Position numbers and translations under genes: made by a program. A DNA stretch of 25,645 nucleotides, taken from positions 1-25,645 of the IMG/VR virus record IMGVR_UViG_3300049995_000030. One strand, 5' to 3'. Below the pieces are notes generated by a model. That model was not told the DNA's origin. It did not search any database and saw only the letters and a program-made list of their open reading frames with translations. Positions within the stretch are counted from its first letter, which is position 1. Every line of letters begins with the position of its first letter. Of this stretch, positions 1 through 7,529 are shown piece after piece. Source of the stretch: a virus. Lineage: Duplodnaviria; Caudoviricetes.

Positions 1-330
1 CCCTAAATAAGTATCAAAAGTTTTTATTAGTTTTTTATCTGGATGTTTTCTCAGAAAATCCAAAACAGATTTTATTGCGTGGTATTCTGATAAAAAATTT
101 GGTGGATATTTAACTGGATGTAGGCATCTGCACTTAGTTTTATCACAAACGGCGTGCCCAATTTCGTGAAGCAGACAGATAATGGTTGTTTCTCTGTCCA
201 TACCCTTTTGAATTTCTATTAGAGGAATTTTTTGTCTCCACGCCCCACTATATGCTCCATTGCAATCAGATAAATTTGTATATACAATTTTTACGGGTGA
301 AAGTTTTTCAATTTCTTTTAATTCAATCAT
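1..330 (-). CDS. ImmA/IrrE-like Zn metallopeptidase (3' partial, runs off window)
   Basis: Manually translated, not in the ORF track: MIELKEIEKLSPVKIVY...TIICLLHEIGHAVC...LSEYHA. HExxH plus a downstream E; frame open to position 1. Confidence 0.65.
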   Translation of the reverse strand, partial: MIELKEIEKLSPVKIVYTNLSDCNGAYSGAWRQKIPLIEIQKGMDRETTIICLLHEIGHAVCDKTKCRCLHPVKYPPNFLSEYHAIKSVLDFLRKHPDKKLIKTFDTYLG

Positions 331-541
331 CAGATAAATCAACCTTTACTGGAGATTTTTTAGACTTGGCAAACTTTGCTCTTGTAAATTTTGGGTCATA
401 TTCCTCCCAGTCAACATCTTCTTTGTGAACAATCATCTTGCAAGGAAAGAGATAATTATAGAGGTCAAGAAGCTCTGCCTTGCCTAAATGGTCAAGGGCG
501 GTTTCTATTTCGTCAAGTAAATCAGATTTTTTTAGTTTCAT
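323..541 (-). CDS. hypothetical protein, 72 aa
   Basis: Fits the minus-strand operon; its stop overlaps the next start. Confidence 0.6.
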   Translation of the reverse strand: MKLKKSDLLDEIETALDHLGKAELLDLYNYLFPCKMIVHKEDVDWEEYDPKFTRAKFAKSKKSPVKVDLSDD

Positions 542-581
542 ATATAATTACAGGCCACTTCTCGGCGTGGCCAAGCCATTT

Positions 582-680
582 TTAGGAGGAATAAACTATC
601 TGTCTCAAAATGATTCTTACCCATTTTAGATTATCAAAAAGTGTTGCCTCAATCAAATTGTCTGCTTCCTCAAGGGTCAT
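582..680 (-). CDS. small hypothetical protein, 32 aa
   Basis: MTLEEADNLIEATLFDNLKWVRIILRQIVYSS; starts 2 nt after the YopX stop. Confidence 0.35.
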   Translation of the reverse strand: MTLEEADNLIEATLFDNLKWVRIILRQIVYSS

Positions 681-682
681 TT

Positions 683-1078
683 TTATTTTCTCAACAATTC
701 AGGGTTCTCATAGATGTTGCCAATAGCCTCAAGAAATCTATGTTGAGTTTTCAAGTAATCATAGGATTCATCGTCGCCTTTTACAATAAATCCAGAATCC
801 TTGTATTCAATTATCCCTTCTCGATGAAACTTATTCTTGTACCCACATTCTTTTTGTGCAATTATATCCCCCTCGTATATTTCCTTCCCGTTCTTGTCGA
901 GTAGGCCGGTGAATTCCATAAGGACTAAATCATCGTGAAATGTTGTAATTTCTTGTTTGTCAATACAACCCACAATAGCAAATATACCGTCTTCTCTTTG
1001 AGATAGTCGATACAAGTCCTCACTTCTGACCATTTGTTTAGTTTTTTTATCCCACGCTCTGAATTTTATATCTCGCAT
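683..1078 (-). CDS. YopX family protein
   Basis: MRDIKFRAWDK...FTGLLDKNGKEIYEGDI...IGNIYENPELL are YopX signature motifs. Confidence 0.93.
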   Translation of the reverse strand: MRDIKFRAWDKKTKQMVRSEDLYRLSQREDGIFAIVGCIDKQEITTFHDDLVLMEFTGLLDKNGKEIYEGDIIAQKECGYKNKFHREGIIEYKDSGFIVKGDDESYDYLKTQHRFLEAIGNIYENPELLRK

Positions 1079-1203
1079 TATTTCCCCACAATTTTAAGCA
1101 AATGTTCTGCTATCCCCCTTAAAATGTTTTCAACCCCGGCGAGCCATACTAAAACCGCTACAATTACAACAAGTTCAGCACGATATAAAAAGCGTTTTAT
1201 CAT
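1078..1203 (-). CDS. small single-TM membrane protein, 41 aa
   Basis: MIKRFLYRAELVVIVAVLVWLAGVENILRGIAEHLLKIVGK; TAATG coupling to YopX. Confidence 0.55.
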   Translation of the reverse strand: MIKRFLYRAELVVIVAVLVWLAGVENILRGIAEHLLKIVGK

Positions 1204-1293
1204 ATTATACCAGCCCGGCATCAACCTTTAGGCCAACATAGGGTTTTGTGGTTTTGTTGTGCCGGGCGTTCCCCCCTCAAAAGTGCTTTTTGT

Positions 1294-2037
1294 TTATAAT
1301 GTAGCAATATCCCATCTATCCTGTTTAAATACTGTTTGACAATCCAAGCATAATGTAGCATCTTCTATAACCCTGGCCTCGGTCGGGTCAACTACACATT
1401 GACAAACATCACAAAGTAAAATGCCTTCCTCTTTTTCGTCCTCTGTTTCATATTCATCATAAGTATATTTGCCAAAATATGCCCTTGTAAAGCCAAAACT
1501 GTATTGCTTATTTGAAAACCAGCAACCGTCTTTCCACTCTCCGGCTGATTCATTTATAATGCAATAGTGTTCCTTACTCATAAAAACAAATTTTGAGTGT
1601 TCCTCTTTTGCGTAGTTTTCTAATAATGTCAAAATAGCTGTATTTGCAAGCCAACCCGCCGGAAGTCCAGCAATAACCTTTTCACAAAATAAAGCTGTAT
1701 CGCTCATTGTCGAATTTTTTGGTGTGCAATACTTACTTAAAATACCGTTGTGCATAACTCCAACATCATTTACAACAAAGGGGTGCATCATATCAATTGC
1801 GTGCTTATCTCCGTGCGTTGCAAGTCGAAAATGAACAGCAAATAGGGTGTTCGGGTGTTCACGTTCACAATTTCTAAACCCCTTGTAGAAATCCCTAAAA
1901 CTTGTAAAACCCTTTTTGACAATCAACCTATCAGCAACAAACATAAAACCAATACCATCAGAATTTTCAAGAAAACCTTTTGAAAGTTCTTTGCGTGTAA
2001 TATGTTTATCCGGGGGTTTTACTATTATAAGGCACAT
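1294..2037 (-). CDS. class II (Ntn) glutamine amidotransferase with C-terminal Zn ribbon
   Basis: N-terminal MC, NSDGIG, HFRLATHG, HPF, MHNG, SDT; C-terminal CDVC...CLDC. Confidence 0.9.
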   Translation of the reverse strand: MCLIIVKPPDKHITRKELSKGFLENSDGIGFMFVADRLIVKKGFTSFRDFYKGFRNCEREHPNTLFAVHFRLATHGDKHAIDMMHPFVVNDVGVMHNGILSKYCTPKNSTMSDTALFCEKVIAGLPAGWLANTAILTLLENYAKEEHSKFVFMSKEHYCIINESAGEWKDGCWFSNKQYSFGFTRAYFGKYTYDEYETEDEKEEGILLCDVCQCVVDPTEARVIEDATLCLDCQTVFKQDRWDIATL

Positions 2038-3188
2038 AGTTTCCTTTTTACCATAAAATCCAATAGGTTCGGGTATTCCTTGCGTTCCCGTTTTACATAG
2101 TCAACAAAGTTTTCAATTGTCAACGATTTTAGACTTTCCAATAACGAAACTTCTCCAAGTTCTAAAGTCCATTTATAAACAGCTTGACAAAATTCCACAT
2201 TCTTACAAAAACTTTTTAGGTTCAAAGTGCCTTTGAAAATCCGCACTTCATAAGTATTTTTATTTTGAGTATTGACGGCTGTATAACGTCCAAAATCGTT
2301 ACCGTCTTTCACTTTATATACTAAGTCTTTTGTTTGGGTGTCCCACAGAGACGACCACTGATTCATTTGGTCTCTAAGACGCTGGCTGATTTTCAAGATA
2401 AAAGACTTGTTTTCCTCATTTAAGTAAAAAAATGTTAAAAACCTAAAAAAGTGCAAAGTCGAAAATGCTGTTTTTGACAAGTGTATATGTATCCCGCAAG
2501 TGCTGGTCTCATAACTGCTAAACTTTTTACTTCTTAACCGTCCCAACATAGCTGAAAATTCGTTTAAGTGTTCATTATACCACAACCAGCTAAACGGCAT
2601 AGTAACTATTTCAAAACCATTATTTATACTGCTGTCCTCTTTTGCGTATGTCCAGTCCGGCAGGTGTCCGACAATACAATCATAATCGCTGCCGTATGAT
2701 TCGACTTCTAACTCTATACCAAAAAATAACGGGTTTTTAGTGTCTTTTTCACTTTTGTAAAAAGTCAGTCGTGGTTTATAGTCATGGTCATGTATATTTT
2801 CATTATCTTGCGGATAACAGTTTTCGCAGTAACATCCATCTTGGCCCTGGTGGTATCTCAAGTCGTCATTACAAAAAGTTTTACTACAACCATCACAACA
2901 GCCAAAATTATCATCAAAACAGCTTTCACAATAATAATCTCCGTCAAATTCCTGCAAATCATCTAAAGCTACTAAATTTTCACAATGTTGGCAAAACCCA
3001 AATTCCTCATCCCGGCACATTTCACAGTAGTATTCGCCGTCAATTTCTGTTAAGTCATTATCCAAAAACAGACTATTACAACCAAAACAAGGTATATGTT
3101 CTGGCCTACATTCCGGGCAATAGTCCGTCCCGGATATGTTCAATAACCTGTTTTGAGCAGTTTTGGCGTTACAGTTCGGGCAGTTCAT
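2025..3188 (-). CDS. COOH-NH2 ligase (amidoligase) with N-terminal tandem Zn ribbons
   Basis: FGIELEVE, KEDSSI..GFEIVT, TCGIHIH, RYTAVN, TYEVRIFKGT; eight CxxC pairs in the first ~125 aa; adjacent GATase. Confidence 0.85.
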   Translation of the reverse strand: MNCPNCNAKTAQNRLLNISGTDYCPECRPEHIPCFGCNSLFLDNDLTEIDGEYYCEMCRDEEFGFCQHCENLVALDDLQEFDGDYYCESCFDDNFGCCDGCSKTFCNDDLRYHQGQDGCYCENCYPQDNENIHDHDYKPRLTFYKSEKDTKNPLFFGIELEVESYGSDYDCIVGHLPDWTYAKEDSSINNGFEIVTMPFSWLWYNEHLNEFSAMLGRLRSKKFSSYETSTCGIHIHLSKTAFSTLHFFRFLTFFYLNEENKSFILKISQRLRDQMNQWSSLWDTQTKDLVYKVKDGNDFGRYTAVNTQNKNTYEVRIFKGTLNLKSFCKNVEFCQAVYKWTLELGEVSLLESLKSLTIENFVDYVKRERKEYPNLLDFMVKRKLCAL

Positions 3189-3190
3189 AG

Positions 3191-3301
3191 TTATTTTGGT
3201 TTATATCTTATGCACTGGTCCAGAATGGTCTTTTTTGGCTGATGATAGACACATTCTTTATTGTAATATTGGCAGTTTTTACAGTTTATAGGTTTTTTCA
3301 T
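3191..3301 (-). CDS. small Cys-rich protein, 36 aa
   Basis: MKKPINCKNCQYYNKECVYHQPKKTILDQCIRYKPK; strong SD AGGAGG and a promoter directly upstream. Confidence 0.65.
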   Translation of the reverse strand: MKKPINCKNCQYYNKECVYHQPKKTILDQCIRYKPK

Positions 3302-3323
3302 ATTTCCTCCTATATTTGACTAC

Positions 3324-3352
3324 ATCATACACAAATAGGCCAACAAAGTCAA
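3324..3352 (-). promoter_or_regulatory. sigma70-type promoter
   Basis: TTGACT-N17-TATGAT, followed by SD TAGGAGGAAATA. Confidence 0.75.
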
Positions 3353-3382
3353 GATAAAAATTTCTTTTTCAAACATTTTCTT

Positions 3383-3407
3383 TAATCCCTTAATTGACAA
3401 TACTTTA
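3383..3407. promoter_or_regulatory. 25-bp palindromic TAA-N4-TT-N7-AA-N4-TTA site (copy 1)
   Basis: TAATCCCTTAATTGACAATACTTTA; same pattern at 4176 and 9733. Confidence 0.5.
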
Positions 3408-3515
3408 CATTAAAAAGTCGGGGGTGAAAATCAAGTTAGTGCATACTATAAATAACTTATTCTGTATTATACCGCCGGGCTGTTAAGCCCGGCTGAAAAA
3501 GAGGAGTAGTGAAGA

Positions 3516-3719
3516 TTATTCCAACGGTTTTGTTTGCATCTTTGTAAGCGTCCTCCCGCCGCCACATTCCGGGGTGTTCTTAACTTCACAGTCCTTACAG
3601 GCACTTAATCCGTTAAACTGTATCAACCAGCAATCTGATGTTAATGTGTTTTGGTCTATTTCTTTTGATTCAGTGATAACAACCTTATTGTCTTTCACGA
3701 CCGCTTTTTGGTATAACAT
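3516..3719 (-). CDS. small Cys-containing hypothetical protein, 67 aa
   Basis: SD TAGGAGG; four Cys (C..CxxC..C). Confidence 0.7.
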   Translation of the reverse strand: MLYQKAVVKDNKVVITESKEIDQNTLTSDCWLIQFNGLSACKDCEVKNTPECGGGRTLTKMQTKPLE

Positions 3720-3757
3720 TCTATTTCCTCCTAAAAAGTGTTATCTAACCTGTTTAT

Positions 3758-3786
3758 AATATCGCCTATCTTCACCACAAAGTCAA
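3758..3786 (-). promoter_or_regulatory. sigma70-type promoter
   Basis: TTGACT-N17-GATATT; shares TCTTGACTTTGT and the SD TAGGAGGAAATA with the 3324-3352 promoter. Confidence 0.55.
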
Positions 3787-3816
3787 GAAAAATCTTGTAA
3801 TTATGTTAAAATTCTT

Positions 3817-3939
3817 TTATAGGACGTTGTTAATAGTCCCCTGTAACAGTACTAACAGCAATATTATATAATCACCCAATATCACCCCGTTGTATATGTT
3901 TATATAACCCCTTGTTGCATCAATAGTTATAGGACGTTG
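3817..3939. repeat. 13-bp direct repeat TTATAGGACGTTG x2, 110 bp apart
   Basis: Copies at 3817-3829 and 3927-3939; partial GGACGCTG at 3961. Confidence 0.7.
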
Positions 3940-4105
3940 AGGCAAGAGACCGGGGAGGGGGGACGCTGTAAATAAGGAAATAAAGAGGCGGTAAGCCACT
4001 GAAACATTTTTATATAATTTTAGAAAATTTAGTTATCCTCTCAAGATTCTCTTGCATATTCAACTTTTTATATGCCCTTCTTACTTTCCATAGAAAATAC
4101 CATTT

Positions 4106-4133
4106 ATTATACCAGTGTAGTTTCTTTTGTCTA
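4106..4133 (-). promoter_or_regulatory. sigma70-type promoter with extended -10
   Basis: TAGACA-N16-TATAAT with TGn. Confidence 0.55.
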
Positions 4134-4175
4134 TAATAACAATCAAACTTCATTTCACGCCGCCTTCTTTTTATA

Positions 4176-4200
4176 TAAGTTGTTTATTTACAAAGAATTA
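4176..4200. promoter_or_regulatory. 25-bp palindromic site (copy 2)
   Basis: TAAGTTGTTTATTTACAAAGAATTA. Confidence 0.45.
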
Positions 4201-4359
4201 GAAAAATTTACATATATAATCATATAGTTTTTTAATACATTTATCACATATGGGTTCTGTATAATCTATAGTTAATTTTCCAAAGGATAAAAACATAACA
4301 AATGAGCGTCCTTTTGCTGGTATTCTTCTTTTATTGCAGATATTGCATTTTATTTTCAT
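4198..4359 (-). CDS. small Zn-finger protein, 53 aa
   Basis: MKIKCNICNK...PICDKCIKKLYDYICKFF; two CxxC pairs; G-rich SD. Confidence 0.6.
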   Translation of the reverse strand: MKIKCNICNKRRIPAKGRSFVMFLSFGKLTIDYTEPICDKCIKKLYDYICKFF

Positions 4360-4412
4360 AAACCCCCCATTAAATAGTCCTAAAACACGCCAGAATCACT
4401 AAGGATTGATTT

Positions 4413-4580
4413 TTACCTAATAATGTCTATACTCATACCCTCATCTATCATATTGTTGTTTATCACTACCTCTGCCCAGTCCTTATCTTTATTCTTTTCT
4501 GCCAGTTTCATCCACGCCTCAAAAGGTGTTTTTCCTTCTTCTTCAAACACTATATTGACCCTAAATCTAAATTTTCCCAT
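4413..4580 (-). CDS. small hypothetical protein, 55 aa
   Basis: MGKFRFRVNIVFEEEGKTPFEAWMKLAEKNKDKDW...; SD AAGGGA. Confidence 0.55.
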   Translation of the reverse strand: MGKFRFRVNIVFEEEGKTPFEAWMKLAEKNKDKDWAEVVINNNMIDEGMSIDIIR

Positions 4581-4708
4581 TTTTAGTCCCTTTTGTCATA
4601 ATTAGTAAAAAATAAGGTAAATAACTACACAATAAAAAATCTCTCATCTACCAATGCCATTAAAAATACTGCCCATTGTAGTTGACCTAACCTCATTCAA
4701 TTCTCCCA

Positions 4709-4918
4709 TCAAAATAGATATTTCTTTGTTTCTCTCCAAGTTCTACAAAGTTTCCAATTTCCATAAGTCCCTAAGTTCCATTGAAATAAATAGTTTAATA
4801 TTGTCCAAGAAAAAGCGTTGTAATCCTCTCTTTTAGGTTTAGTAATCAGTGGAAATCTACAAACAAACAATGCTTTCAATGGTATCCATTTCTCTATTTT
4901 CAATCGTCTAAATCTCAT
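4709..4918 (-). CDS. hypothetical Trp-rich protein, 69 aa
   Basis: ATGA overlap with the recA stop. Confidence 0.45.
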   Translation of the reverse strand: MRFRRLKIEKWIPLKALFVCRFPLITKPKREDYNAFSWTILNYLFQWNLGTYGNWKLCRTWRETKKYLF

Positions 4919-5694
4919 TTTATAATCCCATCAAAAAATATTGTAAATTCACAATCTTGGAACGGTGATGAGACCTTGTTTTTGACACATTTTGCCTTCA
5001 CCACCATTCCAACAACCTCTTTCTTTTCCTCCTTGTTGCCTTTCCTTGACAGACGCAAACGAACTGCTGCGTAAAAAGGCAGGGCAAGACCTCCGGCGGT
5101 GGTTTCGGGATTTCCCCACATTCCTATCTTCATCCTGATTTGGTTGATAAAGATAACCACAGTCTTGCTTTTTGAGAGAGAGGCGGCAATCATTCTCATT
5201 GTCTGACTCATCAATCTGGCCTGTAAACCAATATTTGCGTCTCCTATTTCCCCCTCAATTTCCGCCTTTGGAACTAAAGAAGCCACATCGTCCACTACAA
5301 TCACTTGAAACTGTTCAGACTCAATCAGGCGTTTTAGAATATCAAGGGCTTTCTCGGCATAGTCAGGTTGGGTCAGAATCAACTTATCTGTGTTCACCCC
5401 GAGTTTTCTGGCCCAATCTAACTCAACGGCGTTTGCCATATCAATAAAGGCACATTTTCCCAGTTTTTGACCAGAGGCAACCACCTTGAGAGAAAAGGTT
5501 GTTTTACCACTTCCCTCTGGGCCAAATACCTCAATAATCCTTCCCTTTGGACATCCACCACCTATTATTGAATCCACAGGGGTTTCAGAGGGGATAAATT
5601 CAACTTTGAGATTTTCCTTGTCAGATATTTCAAAAATGGTTCTCTCCCCATAATCAGAATTTATTTTGGCCAAAGTTGATTTTAATTGGTGCAT
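4915..5694 (-). CDS. recA: RecA-family recombinase, short (no C-terminal domain), atypical catalytic residues
   Basis: GRIIEVFGPEGSGKTT (Walker A), LVPKAEIEGEIGD, GLQARLMSQ, FINQIRMKIG, GNPETTAGGLALPFYA, KNKV..PF. Confidence 0.93.
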   Translation of the reverse strand: MHQLKSTLAKINSDYGERTIFEISDKENLKVEFIPSETPVDSIIGGGCPKGRIIEVFGPEGSGKTTFSLKVVASGQKLGKCAFIDMANAVELDWARKLGVNTDKLILTQPDYAEKALDILKRLIESEQFQVIVVDDVASLVPKAEIEGEIGDANIGLQARLMSQTMRMIAASLSKSKTVVIFINQIRMKIGMWGNPETTAGGLALPFYAAVRLRLSRKGNKEEKKEVVGMVVKAKCVKNKVSSPFQDCEFTIFFDGIIK

Positions 5695-5697
5695 AAT

Positions 5698-5820
5698 TTA
5701 TCTCATTTTAACTACAATTTCCCCAGATACAGGACGGGTATTTCTAAGAGTGTCCTGTCTTACGGAACTAATCAATTTTGTTGGCCGGACTATTACACTT
5801 CCCGGAGGGGGTTTTATCAT
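5698..5820 (-). pseudogene. possible truncated GroES-like co-chaperonin fragment, 40 aa
   Basis: MIKPPPGSVIVRP...DTLRNTRPVSGEIVV resembles the GroES N-half; ends 3 nt before recA. Confidence 0.3.
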
Positions 5821-6025
5821 TTAAGTTTTTACCTGTTTCACGTTTATATCTTTTTTCATAGTATCTATATTCTTTCTGTCTTTCTTTCTCGGCCAACTGT
5901 GTTAAAGGTGGTTTTATTTTCAAGAAACAACAGTATTTGAACTTAATCTTTGAACCACAGAGGCAAGGTTCATTTCTTCCAATGGATATATTTCTATGAA
6001 TTGGTTGTGTTATGCCTTTGTTCAT
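5768..6025 (-). CDS. SEC-C motif (Zn-binding) protein
   Basis: IGRNEPCLCGSKIKFKYCC matches the SEC-C consensus GRNDPCPCGSGKKYKKCC. Confidence 0.8.
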   Translation of the reverse strand: MNKGITQPIHRNISIGRNEPCLCGSKIKFKYCCFLKIKPPLTQLAEKERQKEYRYYEKRYKRETGKNLNDKTPSGKCNSPANKID

Positions 6026-6173
6026 CAAACCCCCTCAAGTTACTAAACCAAAATAACCAACATAAAATACGGACACTAAATTCCCGCCATTTGTTTCCTC
6101 GAAAATCAGTCCATCTGTGGAAAAATATTTCTAATGGCAAAGCCCAAATTTTAGGTGTAAACATAATTTTCAT
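5994..6173 (-). CDS. hypothetical Trp-rich protein
   Basis: Likely start MKIMF, with ATGA overlap to the upstream stop. Confidence 0.5.
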   Translation of the reverse strand: MKIMFTPKIWALPLEIFFHRWTDFRGNKWREFSVRILCWLFWFSNLRGFDEQRHNTTNS

Positions 6174-6394
6174 CTTGTCTCTTCCAACCCCTTTCTCTGG
6201 TGTGGTGTGTAAAAACACTCTACCAGTTGATTAAATTCTGTAACCAATTCAGGATGTTTCTCTTTTAATACCGCACGAAACGCCTCAACAGTATTGCCCC
6301 AGATGGCGAAGTCCTGCCTCCCGCTTTCTGGTTTCAGATAAAGGAGAACACAACCAATATCCTTGTAGTTTATATTAACATCTTTAAGTTCCAT
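6170..6394 (-). CDS. hypothetical protein
   Basis: Likely start MELKD with a G-rich SD; tight packing. Confidence 0.55.
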   Translation of the reverse strand: MELKDVNINYKDIGCVLLYLKPESGRQDFAIWGNTVEAFRAVLKEKHPELVTEFNQLVECFYTPHQRKGLEETR

Positions 6395-6665
6395 AACCCC
6401 ACCGTTTCGCACTCTCTTTTATAAATTTGTAAATATTGACCTTTAGGTCTTGTTCTATAAACAGAAAAAATTGTTTCAACTTTGTTTGAGGAACTAAAAC
6501 ATCCAAAGTAAGTTCATTGGTGGCCAAAGGGTAATTTACATTAACCTTCAAATGTCTTGCCTCATCCAAATAAAGACAACTTACCAGAATATAATGGGCC
6601 TCAAACTCCTCCATAAGTTTGTCTTGTAGCCCCAATATCTGTTGCTTAACTGTTAGTTTTCCCAT
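6384..6665 (-). CDS. hypothetical protein
   Basis: Likely start MGKLT; tight packing. Confidence 0.6.
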   Translation of the reverse strand: MGKLTVKQQILGLQDKLMEEFEAHYILVSCLYLDEARHLKVNVNYPLATNELTLDVLVPQTKLKQFFLFIEQDLKVNIYKFIKESAKRWGYGT

Positions 6666-6759
6666 TTCCCAATCTCCAGATGAGATAGATAACAACTAAA
6701 AAATCTACCATAAGTTTTAGAACAAGCCAACCAATAGTAGTTAAATCGGTTTTTGTCAT
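6646..6759 (-). CDS. small single-TM protein, 37 aa
   Basis: MTKTDLTTIGWLVLKLMVDFLVVIYLIWRLGNGKTNS; TAATG coupling. Confidence 0.5.
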   Translation of the reverse strand: MTKTDLTTIGWLVLKLMVDFLVVIYLIWRLGNGKTNS

Positions 6760-6896
6760 TAGAAATACTTTATATCTGTCCATTTAGTGAAGTCGGCCTT
6801 GCGGTTTTTAGGCCAATCGGTGGGTAAAGAACCAAAATACCCTCCGATATTTATTAACCAAATAAAGGGATTTAAAATTTTAAGTAGTTTTTTCAT
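6759..6896 (-). CDS. small hypothetical protein, 45 aa
   Basis: MKKLLKILNPFIWLINIGGYFGSLPTDWPK...; ATGA and TAATG coupling on either side. Confidence 0.5.
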   Translation of the reverse strand: MKKLLKILNPFIWLINIGGYFGSLPTDWPKNRKADFTKWTDIKYF

Positions 6897-7159
6897 TTTA
6901 TCTTCTCAATTCTTTGGATACAACCATAGGGTATTACCGTATAATCACATTGTTGTCCCCCATCGTGTCTGTTGTGTGCAATTATAATCCACTGTATTTT
7001 TTTATTCTCTTTATGACATTCTTGGTAATATCCAACGGTTGTGCAAAGAGGTGGTCTGAGATTCTTGAGTTCACTTATATTAGTCCACGTTGGAACTGAT
7101 TCTGTATCAAACCAAAATACTTCAACAAGTTCTCCCCTTTCAAGTTTTTTTCTTTTCAT
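6893..7159 (-). CDS. conserved phage hypothetical protein
   Basis: VEVFWFD...W...CTTVGY...IPYGCIQRI is a pattern common in phage small proteins. Confidence 0.7.
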   Translation of the reverse strand: MKRKKLERGELVEVFWFDTESVPTWTNISELKNLRPPLCTTVGYYQECHKENKKIQWIIIAHNRHDGGQQCDYTVIPYGCIQRIEKIK

Positions 7160-7529
7160 AAATCCATTCCCAAGTATAATCACATTTACAATCGTTGTTT
7201 ACTGCAATTTTATTTCCTTCCTGAATTACTAAACACCCATCACCATCCCAATACCACCCAATGTGTATATTCCCCTTTGTAAAGACAAAGAAGCCACCTC
7301 TTTCATCCCCATTAAAATATCCAGAAAGTTCTGCCAGTTTTTTCCAAATAGAAGAATCTTGGGATAGCTTAATAAAACCTTTTTTTAATTCAAAAGTTGA
7401 GTAACAGCCGTAGGGTTTATGAAATCCTGTCATTGTCATACAAGGTTTGTCAATGAAGCAATACTCTCTTAGAATTTCACCAAATTCATTTGGGTCTGTA
7501 ATTTTTTGGGTATCAATTTGTATTATCAT
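7140..7529 (-). CDS. hypothetical protein, 129 aa
   Basis: Start abuts the polymerase stop; GWYWDGDG motif. Confidence 0.7.
   Translation of the reverse strand: MIIQIDTQKITDPNEFGEILREYCFIDKPCMTMTGFHKPYGCYSTFELKKGFIKLSQDSSIWKKLAELSGYFNGDERGGFFVFTKGNIHIGWYWDGDGCLVIQEGNKIAVNNDCKCDYTWEWIYEKKKT

Noticed and set aside
3817-3970. CRISPR mini-array
   Set aside because: Only two 13-bp copies, 110 bp apart; wrong geometry.
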